The position numbers and the translations under genes are program-made. A stretch of 64,000 bases of DNA from Octopus sinensis (Eukaryota), in the NCBI RefSeq assembly GCF_006345805.1, contig NC_043004.1, positions 95,418,001 through 95,482,000 of the forward strand, given 5' to 3'. Below are positions 1 through 13,209 of the stretch, piece by piece. Below the pieces are notes generated by a model, which was given only the letters and a program-made list of their open reading frames with translations, had not been told where the DNA came from and did no database searches. Each line of letters starts with the position of its first letter. The stretch's first letter is position 1.

Positions 1-1183
1 TGTACATACATATATCTACATATATTCATACATCATACATATGTTCTTGTGTGTGTGAGGTGTGAGTGTGTAGGTGCGTCATCATCGTCATCATGAACAT
101 CACCATGAGTGTCATCATTTTATGCCTGCTCTTCAACACCTGCATGAGTCAAATAGAATTAGTTAAGACAGACTTTCTACTGTTGGATGTCTTTCCTCTT
201 GCCAACCCTCATCTGTTTCCAAACGATGACTGGAAATACAAACTATTATCACTTTTGCAGTGGTGAGGCTCCTTTACAAACACCATGTGATGTCACGTGA
301 CAACTTGCTGGGGCTGCCTGCTGGAGCCTATGCGGCAGGTAGTTAAAGGGAGAAATTTGACAAGACAGTCAGTCACCGGCTGACACTTGCTGACGATACA
401 TCGAAGAGGCCAGGGAACAGAAGAAAGAAGAAGAAAGAAGACATGCATCCAACACCAGAGCTGAAGACACCTCCGAAAGGGGGGGACCGCCACGTTAAAA
501 CGGTAGAGGAGTAGGGGCCGAAACCGGACGTGGTTCCTCCTGATGATGTCTTGAGCTAACTGGATCCTATAAAGGAGCTGTTCTGGTGGCAGACCACGAA
601 ACACGGTTGTAATTCCTCCTGTCAAGACAAGAGTACACACATACACACACGCATGCATGCCCATACACAAACATACAGGCATACACAGATATAAACATCA
701 TTCATTTCATATTTGGCTAAGATATTCCAAATATCTTAATACTTAAACATTCAAACCGACAATATCCAGCCTGTTTTTATGTTCAGACAAGTCAAATGCA
801 GTCTTTCACACCTACTCTATAATGTCCTTCTAAAAATAAGCAAAAACATTATGAAAATCTCAAAGGTATGAGATAATGCATGAGTAATTCAAAGGTGAAT
901 AAATAAGCATTACATGTGACAGAGCAATCTGAATGCTAAAGGGTTAAAACATCATGCAAGGGAGGTCACTCTAATAACATCCCACAAAGAAATATTTTGT
1001 GAAACCAATAAATATGCTCATTTGTGTACATGTGTGAACTTTATAAGTGCTTGTGTAAATGCATATACATATATATATACACACTTATACACACACATAT
1101 ATGCATGCATACTTATACATCAATGCATTTATATATACAAATGCACAAGTACACACATGTACATATATATATATATAGCTATT

Positions 1184-1573
1184 ACTCTTTACTCTTTTAC
1201 ATGTTTCAGTCATTTGACTGCGGCCACGCTGGAGCACCACCTTTAGTCGAGCACATCGACCCCAGAACTCATTCTTTGTAAGCCTAGTACTTATTCTATC
1301 GGTCTCTTTTGCCAAACTGCTAAGTTACGGGGATGGAAACACACCAGCATCGGTTATCAAGCGATGTTGGGGGGACAAACACAGACACAAACACACACAT
1401 ATATATACATATACGACAGGCTTCTTTCAGTTTCCATCTACCAAATCCACTCACAAGGCTTTGGTCGGCCCGAGGCTATTGTAGAAGACACTTGCCCAAG
1501 GTACCACGCAGTGGGACTGAACCCGGAACCATGTGGTTGGTAAGCAAGCTACTTACCACACAGCCACTCCCGC
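1184..1573 (-). mobile_element. tRNA-derived SINE family A (CORE-like), near full length
   Basis: Minus strand has A-box-like TGGCTGTGTGG, B-box-like GGTTCAGTCCC, CORE-like CCTTGGGCAAGTGTCTT, an internal (CA/TA)n spacer and a 3' tail ...GCAGTCAAATGACTGAAAC..GTAAAAGAGTAAA. Many near-identical copies occur in the window. Confidence 0.9.
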
Positions 1574-2033
1574 TCCTGTTCTTTTTTGCTCTTGCTTCAC
1601 AAGAGATAAGACCTACTTTTGCTTGTCTGCTGTCATAGCTCCTTTCTCCAACATTCACCGCTTTACCTCGTTATGGCTTAACAGCCCTCACCATTTGTTT
1701 CTACTGTTTTTGTTCTTAATGTCTTGTTTTTGTTACCACTTTAACCCTCAGCAAAAATCCCAAATTTTATTTCATTTGCTTTGCAGAAAGGACTGTTTTA
1801 ATGAAGTTGCATCTTGTACTAACCTTTGAAATGCGGAATAGATAAAACAGGAGTTAACTGATGAAGGGATTGTTCTTTATGTTGCCTGTCTTGTTTCTCT
1901 ATTTGTTTCTTTCGTTGTCCCCCCCAAAAGTTCGCTTTTCATATTTTTGTTGTTTTTTTATGCTCTCGTTTCCATTTGGTTCACATTTTTTTGACAACCT
2001 GTTCCCATATATGCAGGTATGTTTATATGTGTA

Positions 2034-2078
<45 letters not shown>

Positions 2079-2087
2079 TATATATAT

Positions 2088-2140
<53 letters not shown>

Positions 2141-2146
2141 TATATA

Positions 2147-2187
<41 letters not shown>

Positions 2188-2218
2188 GGGCACCATAAAA
2201 AATTTTGGTTATTTATAT

Positions 2219-2251
<33 letters not shown>

Positions 2252-2547
2252 TATATATACATAATATATATATGTATATATATATGCATATATATACACA
2301 CGTAATAGCAAGAAACAGAAAAAAAGGAAAATGTCCCAGGTATTTAAAAATATGGAAATATTTTAAAAACCCACTTCATTTAATTTTTTTACAATTTTAT
2401 TTTTTTTCATGCTTTCAGAGACTGAAACCGGTTCTAAAATATTCATGATAAAACTAATTTAGCATTTTCCACCTTGTCTTATTTTCCTAATACATATCAA
2501 CTTGTGTGTTACTTTTCAACTTTCTATACATACATATATATATATAT

Positions 2548-2620
<73 letters not shown>

Positions 2621-2818
2621 GATAGATGATATAGATATAGATATATACATATATATCTATATATATACATATACATATGTACATATATATAATATACATA
2701 TATATATATACATCTATACATTATATACATCATCATCATCATCATCAGTGGACGTTAAACAATGATGATGATGATGATGATGATGATGTATATAATGTAT
2801 AGATGTATATCTATATAT

Positions 2819-2849
<31 letters not shown>

Positions 2850-3235
2850 AAGCGAATAGAGACATATATGTATATATATATACCAGGTTTTATTATATTG
2901 CTACATACATAAATGTGTGTGTGTGTATATATATATATATACACATATACACATACATACATACATACATATATACTTAAAGGCAGTGAATCCTTCAAAT
3001 TTGGAAATGCAATTTCTGTGCTATTGTCAAGATAAACACACACCATTAAATCATAAACAAATCTGCCTAAACCCAATTTAGTAGATTATGTTGGATTCCA
3101 AAACCATAGGTACATATTCTAATTCATGAAAACCATTGGTGATTACATATTTGCATCAACCTCTACAAACCCTATAGACACGCCCACACATATATACTCA
3201 TATACACACACATGTTATAATATGATAGATATATG

Positions 3236-3270
<35 letters not shown>

Positions 3271-4229
3271 TGTATATGGGGAGGGTGTGTATACAAGCAA
3301 ACCTGAATAACATCAGTGTCCCTACTTTCTTCATTAAGCTTCTGAAATCCACCATAAACAAACACCCGCATTCCATATGTTTGCATAGAGATGGGGGGAT
3401 GAGGGTTATATCCACATGCACGTGAGCAGTTGTGTTAGGATGTCTCTATGTGTTCCAAGCACCTGAATAAGAGAAACGCAGAATTAAATCCTAATTGAAT
3501 AATAACAGTGCCTGTGTGCATATGTGCATTCGTAGAAAACAGATACTCAGTATATGTGCACATATGTGCGTATGTTTACTATTTCCTTATTTCGCTTTAC
3601 ATTTTTTTTTATTACCAAACACCTTTATTCGATGATATGAAGAAGATATTTCTCTAAATGAAATTAACCATTCTTCAAATGAGCCTCTTGAAATAATTAC
3701 TCCCTTAATTAAATACCATTCTCGTTTATAAGAAAAACCTAGCAGAAATCGTTTGCTTTCTTCAGTTGGAATTTTTTCCCAATTTTCCATATTTCTCTCT
3801 TGTTTATATTTCATCTTTGTATTTCTTTTTATAAAAATATATGAATATATATACACACATATATATATATGGATGTATATTGATATATGTAGATATGTAT
3901 TATGTGCATGTGTGTATACATGCATATATACATATAAATATATATCTACATCAATAGAGACACATATATGCATGCATACACATTTATATATATCCATGTA
4001 TGTGTGTATGTGAGCATAGGTATGTTTGTAGCAGCAGCTATGCATACACATATATATATCTATACATACACACATGGTTATTTGTATACTTATATATATA
4101 TACATATGTATATATATATTCATATATATATATGTATATACATATATATATTTAAATATATATATATATAAATAAATATATATAAATATATATATAAACA
4201 TATATATATATATACATATATATATAAAC

Positions 4230-4260
<31 letters not shown>

Positions 4261-5077
4261 CATATATATATATACAAATATATATATGCATATATATAAA
4301 TAAATATATATATATACATATATATATATATACATATATATATACATATATTATATATATATATATATTATACATACATACATATAATATGTGTGTATGT
4401 GTGTGTGTATAATGCTTTTCTGTTTTAAGCAAAATGTAAATGTGAGGAAAAGTGACAAAAATGTAAGCAACATAAAGAAAAAAGAAAATGAAGGCAAATA
4501 AAATAACAAATCTACACACCTCATGCATTTAGATATCCATACACATATATACATACAAAACTATGTATGTGCATGTGTATGTGTGTGTGTGTGTTTGTGT
4601 AAATGTATGTATTTTCCTATGCATCGATGTATGTATCTATGTGTATAAGCACACACAAGTTTTCAACATGTACACATCAGTAAATGTAAGTGAAATATAT
4701 GCAAACTGTTTTTCATACATATATAACGTATAGTATATTTATACATAAACATAGACACTGGAATGCTCTCTCACACACACACACACATACACATACATAC
4801 ACACGCAAATACACATACACACACGTGCACACACACACATAATATATATACACATATACATATAACCTGTAAATGCAGATGAAACAATATATCTCTATAA
4901 CCAATGTTGAAACAAAAATAAAAGCTTTTCTTTATTTTATTTTATACAATAATGTATATGTGTGGATATATAAGTGTGTGCGTGTGTGCGTGTTTGTGTG
5001 TGCACGTATGTTGAGGGGGTATACATGTGTATATCTGTACATGTGTGTGTGCATACATGCACAGATATATATGTATC

Positions 5078-5125
<48 letters not shown>

Positions 5126-6030
5126 ATATAGAGTATATACATAAAGATATTACTTATATTACATTTTATACTTATTTGTTTAGTTGTTTTTGTTAAGCAA
5201 TACAAGAAATTGATAAAAAAAATTGTTTGCTTTTTTTTAAGAAAAATATCCATAAAAAAAATAGGAAAAATTATATGTAACTAAAACAAATCACACTTAC
5301 ATATATACATACATACATACACATGCACACTTACATACACACGTGCATATATATCCATGCAATCACACACACATGCACACATACATACCTGTATATGTAT
5401 GTATGTATATATATATATATATATATATAGAAAGAGAGAGAGAGAGAGAGAGAAACCTTCATACATAAATATGTATTCATATATACATATATACATATTA
5501 TATATATATACATATATACATATATACACATATATATATATATATATACATGTATATGTACACATGCATCTACATAATATATATGTATATGTATGTGTGT
5601 ATATATATACACATACACACATATATATACACACATATATTTCTAGGTATACATACATATATATATTTACATGTACACATTCATATGTCTGTGTTTTTGT
5701 TTTGTATATATACATATGCACATGTATATATTTAGCCATTAAATATTAAAAACTTTGCACAAGATTATCAATATTGACTTTACATTTGGTTATACACAAA
5801 TATATATAAGGAATATATGAAGATATACATATATATTTAAATATGTGTGCGTGTGTTTATGCAGATACATATGTAGTTGTGTATATTTGTAACTCATTTT
5901 CTGGATAGATGGATTGGTTGTATTCCAAAATGTAGTTCTCCCTGTATAACTATATAATTGTTTGTGTATGCATGACTGATACTTTATGTTTATACATATA
6001 TATATATATGTGGTGGTATATATACATATA

Positions 6031-6078
<48 letters not shown>

Positions 6079-6272
6079 GAGTGTGTATGAGTGTATATAT
6101 ATATATCTATAGATGCCTTTGTAAAAATAATATACGAGTTTGGCTTGTGTGTGATAAATAAATAGGAATATTATGTGAAATCAGTTTGGCAATCAGCTCT
6201 GTGAAGAAAAATAAACAGGTAATAAAATGGTAAGACATACATGCAATACCTGTGTGTGTGTGTGTGTGTGTA

Positions 6273-6320
<48 letters not shown>

Positions 6321-6827
6321 TGTGTGTGTGTGTGTGCGTGAAGAAATAGGAAAGTCAGAACAGAAATTATTTTGGAATGTATTGTGTAGCTTGTTGTAGC
6401 TTATATGAATCATTATTCAGCTAAACACTGCATCCGTTCAGTTTTTGTTTTAAAAATACTGATATGTATATGAAAGTAATTTCTGGTTTTTCTTTTGTTT
6501 TTCATTTTTTTCTTTTTTTTCTTTTTTTTTTGTTGTAACTTTTTTTAATACTGAGAGATGTTGTCTTGCTTATATTTCATTACAAGTGCAAATTCAGCAT
6601 TCCAAGGTAACCATGCTTTTACCTGAGTGACTCGGTACCGTTCCCTTTCTCTTTAACTAAGAATGGATGATAAGCTTCACCAAATCACTGGAATCACTAT
6701 CAAAGATATATGTGTGTGTAGTTAGAGTAAATCCCAGCTGTTTTCTCTTGAAGCACATTCCATTATTACAATCCAATACGTAGTTTCAGTTCTTGTTGTA
6801 AGTCAGAATACATATCAAACTGAGAAT

Positions 6828-7345
6828 TTACTCTTTTACTTGTTTCAGTCATTTGACTGCGGCCAGGCTGGAGCACCGCCTTTAGTCGAGCAAATCAACC
6901 CCAGGACTTATTCTTTGTAAGCCTAGAACTTACTGTATCGGTCTCTGTTTGCCTAACCAATAAGTTACGGGGATGTAAACAAACCAGCATCGGTTGTCAA
7001 GCAATGCTGGGGGGACAAACACAGACACACAAACATATACACACACATACACACAAACACACACACATATATATATATATATATAGACTGGACCTGGTGC
7101 AGCCTTCTGGCTTCCCAGACCCCAGTTGAACCGTCCAACCCATGCTACCATGGAAAGCTGACGCTAAATGATGATGATGATGATGATGATATACATACAT
7201 ATATACGGCAAACTTCTTTCAGTTTCCGCCTACCAAATCCACTCACATGGCTTTGGTTGGCCTGAGGCTATAGTAGAAGACACTTGCCCAAGGTGCCATG
7301 CAGTGGGACTGAACCCAGAAGCATGTAGTGGGTAAGCAAGCTACT
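6828..7345 (-). mobile_element. SINE family A, with an RTE-type 3' tail fragment (about 7088-7192, + strand) inserted in its microsatellite spacer
   Basis: Same sequence as 1184-1573. The spacer is interrupted by ...CCGTCCAACCCATGCTACCATGGAAAGCTGACGCTAAATGATGATG. Confidence 0.85.
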
Positions 7346-8029
7346 AATTATGGAATTATTATTAGCAGAGTTATTATTACATGCAGAGGAGATTGACAAT
7401 TTTTCAGTTTATTTATTCACCATTACACATGTTTCATCTGCTAATATGAATATATATATATATATATATATATATTGTGTGTATGTGTCAAAAGTACATG
7501 TATCTGATTTTTGTCTTTGCTTCTATATATATGTGTATGCATGTGTGTGTATGTGCGTTCATGTAGGTATGTGTGTTTGTAACTACATACATACACGTAT
7601 ATGTATGTGTGTGTATGTATGTATTTGCATATGTGTGTGCGCATTGGTTTTATATCCATGTGCGTGCTTGTTTATATGTGTGTATGTACTAGTATATCTG
7701 TGCACGTGTGTATGTGTGTGTGTGTGTGCATGTGTACCTCTCTTTTCTGTCTTTACCAGACTGTCTGTCCTGCTCCTGATTACTGTCTAACTATAAATGG
7801 TTTATTTAAATGTAAAATTTATTTTACATAATTGTTCTCTATGAGGAATTTCTAATCTAGAAATTCCTTATATGTCTGTCTAATATGTAAAACTTGGTAA
7901 TTCCTATTAGCAAATGAAACATGTTTAATGGTGTATAAATATAACTAAAATATTTCCTATCATCTGTTGTCTTATATATGTATGTATATATATATCACGT
8001 CATGTCACGGGGTGATTATAATAAAAATT

Positions 8030-8213
8030 AAGCAACAAGAATGAATCTGGTAATTTAGTACAATTGTTTCATAATAAAACATTTTATTAAAAGCTGTAAA
8101 TATTACAGCAGATTTAAGATGCATCTTAAATCTGCTGTAACGTTTACAGCTTTTAATAAAATGTTTTAGTATGAAACAATTGCACTAAATTACCAGATTC
8201 ATTCTTGTTGCTT
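8030..8213. repeat. Near-perfect 184 bp palindrome with no spacer, near (TA)n runs
   Basis: AAGCAACAAGAATGAATCTGG...AGATG|CATCT...CCAGATTCATTCTTGTTGCTT, centred at 8121/8122, with about 4 mismatched pairs by eye. Confidence 0.95.
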
Positions 8214-8699
8214 ATTTTGATTATATATATATATATATATATAATATATGGTTAAAATCTGCCCCGTCTATAACCATACCATATGCTAGATATTTGTTAA
8301 ATCATACCTTCTTACTGTGTGGACTAAGAACCCTGTTGACAGGCTGCTAGTATTTATAGAGTGTTAAACGCTTTTGGTATTCAAATTAGGAACACCTTCA
8401 TAGAATAACTGCTGCATTTGTCAAGTGTATAAATAGTTTGGCTGCTTGTTTCTCTGGAGACTGTCAGAATGATGTAGACACCTCTGATGAGAACCCAATA
8501 AGGTTCAGCAATCAATTAATGTTGTTCATCATTTTCTCAGTTTGCAGAGAAATGGCTAAAATTCACCCTGTTTATAATTGTACCATATGTTACATATATA
8601 TATATATAAGCATATATATATATATATATATATATATAAATGAGTTTGGAGGGATATATTATCCAGGCGGGTACTGTATTAGCTCTCTGTTAAGTTCTA

Positions 8700-9040
8700 G
8701 TTCATGGTTAAAAAAAGGAGCACTCCGTCGGTTACGACGACGAGGGTCCCAGCTGATACGATCAACGGAACAGCCTGCTCGTGAAATTAACGTGCAAATG
8801 GCTGAGCACTCCACAGACACGTGTACCCTTAACGTAGTTCTCAGGGAGATTCAGTGTGACACCCTGTGTGACAAGGCCGGCCTTTTGAAATACAGGTACA
8901 ACTCATTTTTGCCAGCTGAGTGGACTGGAGCAACATGAAATAAAGTGTCTTGCTCAAGGACACAATGCGTCGCTTGGAATCGAACTCACGACCTTACAAT
9001 CATGAGCCGAATGCCCTAACCACTAAGCCACGCGCCTTCA
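8700..9040 (-). mobile_element. tRNA-derived SINE family C
   Basis: Minus head GGCGCGTGGCTTAGTGGTTAGGGCATTCGGCTCATGATTGTAAGGTCGTGAGTTCGATTCC, followed by CORE-like CCTTGAGCAAGACACTT. Related heads at 11679 and 34732. Confidence 0.85.
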
Positions 9041-9219
9041 CAGTTCATGGTTAACTGTCACGATCAGTATCTGACATCTGCGACTACAATTAGTTGGAAG
9101 CTGCTCTGTGAATTCTTCCAATGGGTAATTCTGTGCACTCTTCACTGGACAGTAAAAATTGTCAGAAGTATATATTATTATTAATATATATATATAGAGA
9201 GAGAGAGAGATAGACAGAC

Positions 9220-9297
<78 letters not shown>

Positions 9298-9744
9298 GTA
9301 GAGAGAGAGATAGATATAATCATTTATTTGTTTGTTCATTTTATATCAGTTTCCCTGCTCTGGCAAGAATTGGAAGAATAGTTACTGAGGCATTATTGCT
9401 TTATGTTCAGATGCTATTCTGGCTGCTAAATTCTTACAACTGGTTTAGAAACATGGGACTTTTTTTTTTATTCCAATCATCTTCTAAATCAAAGAACTAT
9501 TAATAGATTTCTTGGCAGGGAAGTTCGATAACTGTCACTATACTTTGGTCAATGTTTCCGTATGAGAATGTTTCATGTCACCATTCACACAGAGATATAC
9601 AAATACACATGCTCACATATATATATGTATATAGTTGAAATTTATAGAAAAACAAAAGACAAAGACAGGTGTATGAACAACAAGCGAGTTTATTAGTTTG
9701 ACATTCGGGAAAAAGGAAAAAGTATTTTATGTTTCCAGCCTACA

Positions 9745-10248
9745 CTGAGCACTCCACAGACACATGTACCCTTAACGTAGGTCTCTGGGTGATTTAATGT
9801 GACACAGAATGTGATACAGCTGACCCTTTGAAATACAGGTACTAATAGTTTTTACTATTACAGGTACTAATAAGGCAGCGAGCTGGCAGAAACGTTAGCA
9901 CGCCGGGCAAAATGCTTAGCAGTATTTCGTCTGTGTTACGTTGTGAGTTCAAATTCCGCCGAGGTCAACTTTGCCTTTCATCCTTTTGGGGTCGATAAAT
10001 TAAGTACCAGTTACGCACTGGGGTCGATGTAATCGACTTAATACCTATGTCTGTCCTTGTTTGTCCCCTCTGTGTTTAGCCCCTTGTGGGTAATAAAGAA
10101 ATAGGTACTAATAGTTTTTGCCTGCCGTGTGGACTGGAACAATGTAAAATAAAGTATCTTGCTCAAGGACACAATATATCACTGGTATCAAACTCAAGAT
10201 CTTGATATCATGAGCCAAATACCCTAACCACTTAGCCACACACCTTCT
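9745..10248 (-). mobile_element. Decayed SINE family C interrupted by a SINE B
   Basis: Matches 8700-9040 on both sides of 9873-10103. Confidence 0.75.
9873..10103 (+). mobile_element. tRNA-like SINE family B, full length, with TSD
   Basis: Head GGCAGCGAGCTGGCAGAAACG...GAGTTCAAATTCC and tail ...GTAATAAAGAAATA. TSD AGGTACTAATA at 9862-9872 and 10103-10113. Confidence 0.9.
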
Positions 10249-10815
10249 ACTTCAACATTACTGAAATGATGACCACCACATTTTAGAAACAACCTCCTGC
10301 TGTACAGCTCCTTTTTTGCACTTGAAATGATACCACTTATTCCCCTATTGTATCACATTGTATCTCTACTATTGTCCCTCGACACCACCTCTTCCCTGAC
10401 CCACTCCTATTCCTTTCACTTCCCTCATCCAAACTAATATTCACTGCATCCAATTTAACTCTCATCTTTAATTCTCTGTTCTATTCTCTTTCTCGTGTTC
10501 ACCTTGTACTTTGACCTCACATCTCTCTCCCTCTTTTTCCAAGGACACACAAGACACCTACCTCTGTCTCTTTATCATACTTTCATATCCCTCAATACTA
10601 TATGCTTCCCAGCTGAGGTGGGGGGGCTTGTTTGGAGAGTATTTGGTGACCTCACTAGTGCCACACGAAAAACACCCTGTGACTGCTGTGAAGTTAGTGA
10701 CATTAGGACGGGCAACTAACAATGCTGGAGTTGGTGCTGGAGCTTGGCACGGCTCTCTAGTGCAGTAGTTCACAAGCATACATACAAGTGGGTGCTGAAA
10801 AGTTCCTGGCTTTAA

Positions 10816-11036
10816 CCCTTTAGTGTTTAAACTGGCCAAATCTTGCCCAATATATTCTATATGTTTTATATTCAAACTGGCGATATCTAGCCTCTCACAC
10901 CTAATGTACATTGACACTCTAAAAATAAACAATCACATCATTGAAACCTCGAAGCTATAAGGTAATGCATGATTAATTCAAAACAATTTAAATGAAAAAG
11001 CATTACATTTAACAGAGTAATCTGAACACTAAAGGG
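10816..11036. mobile_element. piggyBac-type MITE (TTAA-CCC...GGG-TTAA)
   Basis: TTAA at 10812-10815 and 11037-11040. Imperfect TIRs CCCTTTAGTGTTT / AACACTAAAGGG. A decayed relative lies at about 736-947. Confidence 0.8.
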
Positions 11037-11044
11037 TTAAGGTA

Positions 11045-11225
11045 TCAAGAAAGGCCTGGTTGGACGCCCAACTTTACAAATTCTTTTACAGGGCTTAGAA
11101 AAACTAAAGGACCGCAGCAATAAGTGCGTGAATCTGAGAAGAGAATATGTTGAATAAAACCATCATTAACTGATCCTCCTGTATTATCTTTTACTCAAAG
11201 CCAAGAAATTTTCAGTACTCTCACT
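11045..11225 (+). mobile_element. Mariner transposase 3' remnant
   Basis: Translates QGLEKLKDRSNKCVNLRREYVE*, resembling the mariner C-terminus (GI.KL..RW.KCV.L.G.YVE). Confidence 0.55.
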
Positions 11226-11678
11226 TATGTGTGCGTTCATAATTACATGCATGTATATCAGTTAGGTGAACTAGGACCTATCTTATCATTAAATAGGTAT
11301 TTCACATGAAGTTTGTTTGATCTGATATTTCTCTGAGTTTTCTGATACATTTTCATATTAATAATGCAGATTAATATCAGAGCTCTTAATATCTTAACTT
11401 AATGTTAACTATTTATTGAACACTTTCCTATAATATACCTCAGATTAGATCAGTTTCAATGTGTTATATTCAACACATATATATTCAAATTATATTCATG
11501 TACATGTATGCATGCACAGACATGCACGCAAATAACATACATGCATATATATTTACATGCATACATTTACACATCTTACAAATGAATATTTAACATGATG
11601 ATGATCATCATTATTATCATCATCATCATCATCATCATATGTATGTATAAAAAACATATATGTGTGTGTGTGTGTAAA

Positions 11679-12235
11679 GGCGCATGGCTCAGTGGTTAGA
11701 GCATCGAGCTTATGACTGTGAGGTTGTGAGTTCGAATCCCGAACCAGGCTGTGTGCTGTGTTCTTGAGCAAGACACTTTATTTCACGTTGCTCCAGTTCA
11801 CTCAGCTGTAGAAATGAGTTGCAACATCAGAGATGCCAAGCTGTATCGGCCTTTGCCTTTCCTTTGGATAACACTGGTGGCATGGAGAACCACATGGTTC
11901 CAGGTTCAGTCCAACTGCGTGGCATCTTGGGCAAGTGTCTTCTATAATAGCCTTTGGTAGATCATAGCCTAGTGAGTGAATTTGTTAGATGGAAACTAAA
12001 GGAAGCCCATTATATGTGTGTGTGTTTGTATCTGTGCTTGCTCCCCACTACCACTTGATAGACAACCAGCATTGATGTATTTAAGTCTCTGCAAATAAGC
12101 AATTCCACAAAAGAGACTGTTTAATAGAAAAGAGAACAAGTACCGAAGTGGATTCATTCAACTAAAACTTATTCAAGGTGGTGCCCCAGCATGGTCACAA
12201 TCTAATGACTGAAACAAGTAAAAGATAGCAGATAA
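11679..12235 (+). mobile_element. SINE C 5' part joined to a decayed SINE A body and tail
   Basis: GGCGCATGGCTCAGTGGTTAGAGC head. From about 11886 the sequence follows family A (AACCACATGGTTCCAGGTTCAGTCC) to the GAAACAAGTAAAAG tail. Confidence 0.75.
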
Positions 12236-12250
12236 AAGATATGAATGAAT

Positions 12251-12289
<39 letters not shown>

Positions 12290-12324
12290 CACACGTGTCT
12301 ATACAGATATAGATAAAAATACTG

Positions 12325-12355
<31 letters not shown>

Positions 12356-12413
12356 TATATATGTGTGTATATCTATATATCTATACATGTGTGTATGTAT
12401 ATGTATATATGTG

Positions 12414-12456
<43 letters not shown>

Positions 12457-13209
12457 TACATATATATTCATATATATCGTGAAGTATATTTGCCACTTAA
12501 ATGTGGCTAACCCTTAAGGATGGATGCTACTGTAGCTTGTAGCCCCAGGAGGACACCTCCTTTAGCTGGCTATTGACACACTTTCTGTGCCCTATCAGTA
12601 TTTGCAAAGGAAGACCATCCTTTCCATCTTCAACCTGACATGATACACACAGTCATGATACACACGGGTATTGACCCGCCATCAGCGTGTGACAATCATC
12701 GGTTATCTCTTTATTATAGGCACAAAGCCTGATATCTAGAAGGGACATACAACGGACATGTGGGGACATAAAGCCAGCTGAAAAATGATAAATGAAATGA
12801 ACATAAATATAATGCAAATGAGACAGCCACCTCACCCCCACTGCGAAATGAACCGTGAATACCTTTACAATAAACTTTACAATTAGACTTTATGATTAAA
12901 CATACAATTAAACTTTACAATTAACTTAAGAATTAGACTTTACAATTAACTTTAAAACTACCTCTAGTTTTGCTACAATGTGAAACTGTGACCTTTCATT
13001 TCATTTTTTTCCTTTAATTTAACCATTCATATGTGTCCTTTTACAACAGAAAATTAAACTTTCTTTTTTTACAACTTTTAATTACTTGTCCATTCATCAG
13101 TTTTTTTTCCATTATTTTCTTTTTGTTTAACATAATTTACAATGTCCGCGTTCTTTTTTTTCTTCTAGTTGTAATTTTTCCACACTTCATCATACTTACC
13201 TTTTTCATC

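Noticed and set aside
6622-6700. Strong minus-strand donor CAG|GTAAAA with peptide FGEAYHPFLVKEKGNGTESL
   Set aside because: Every available acceptor puts a TGA in frame.
7759-7798. Plus-strand acceptor followed by TVCPAPDYCLTIN
   Set aside because: 40 nt, weak donor and no recognisable homology. Such sites arise by chance in pyrimidine-rich DNA.
8484-8512. CTGATGA-GAACC(CAATAA)GGTTC, a hammerhead-like 5' core and stem II
   Set aside because: It is followed by AGCAA rather than GAAA and has no stem I or III. At best a dead remnant.
11679-11750. tRNA-like sequences here and at 8970-9040 and 34732-34805
   Set aside because: They run directly into CORE-like SINE bodies and lack a clean acceptor stem. 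They are SINE heads, not tRNA genes.
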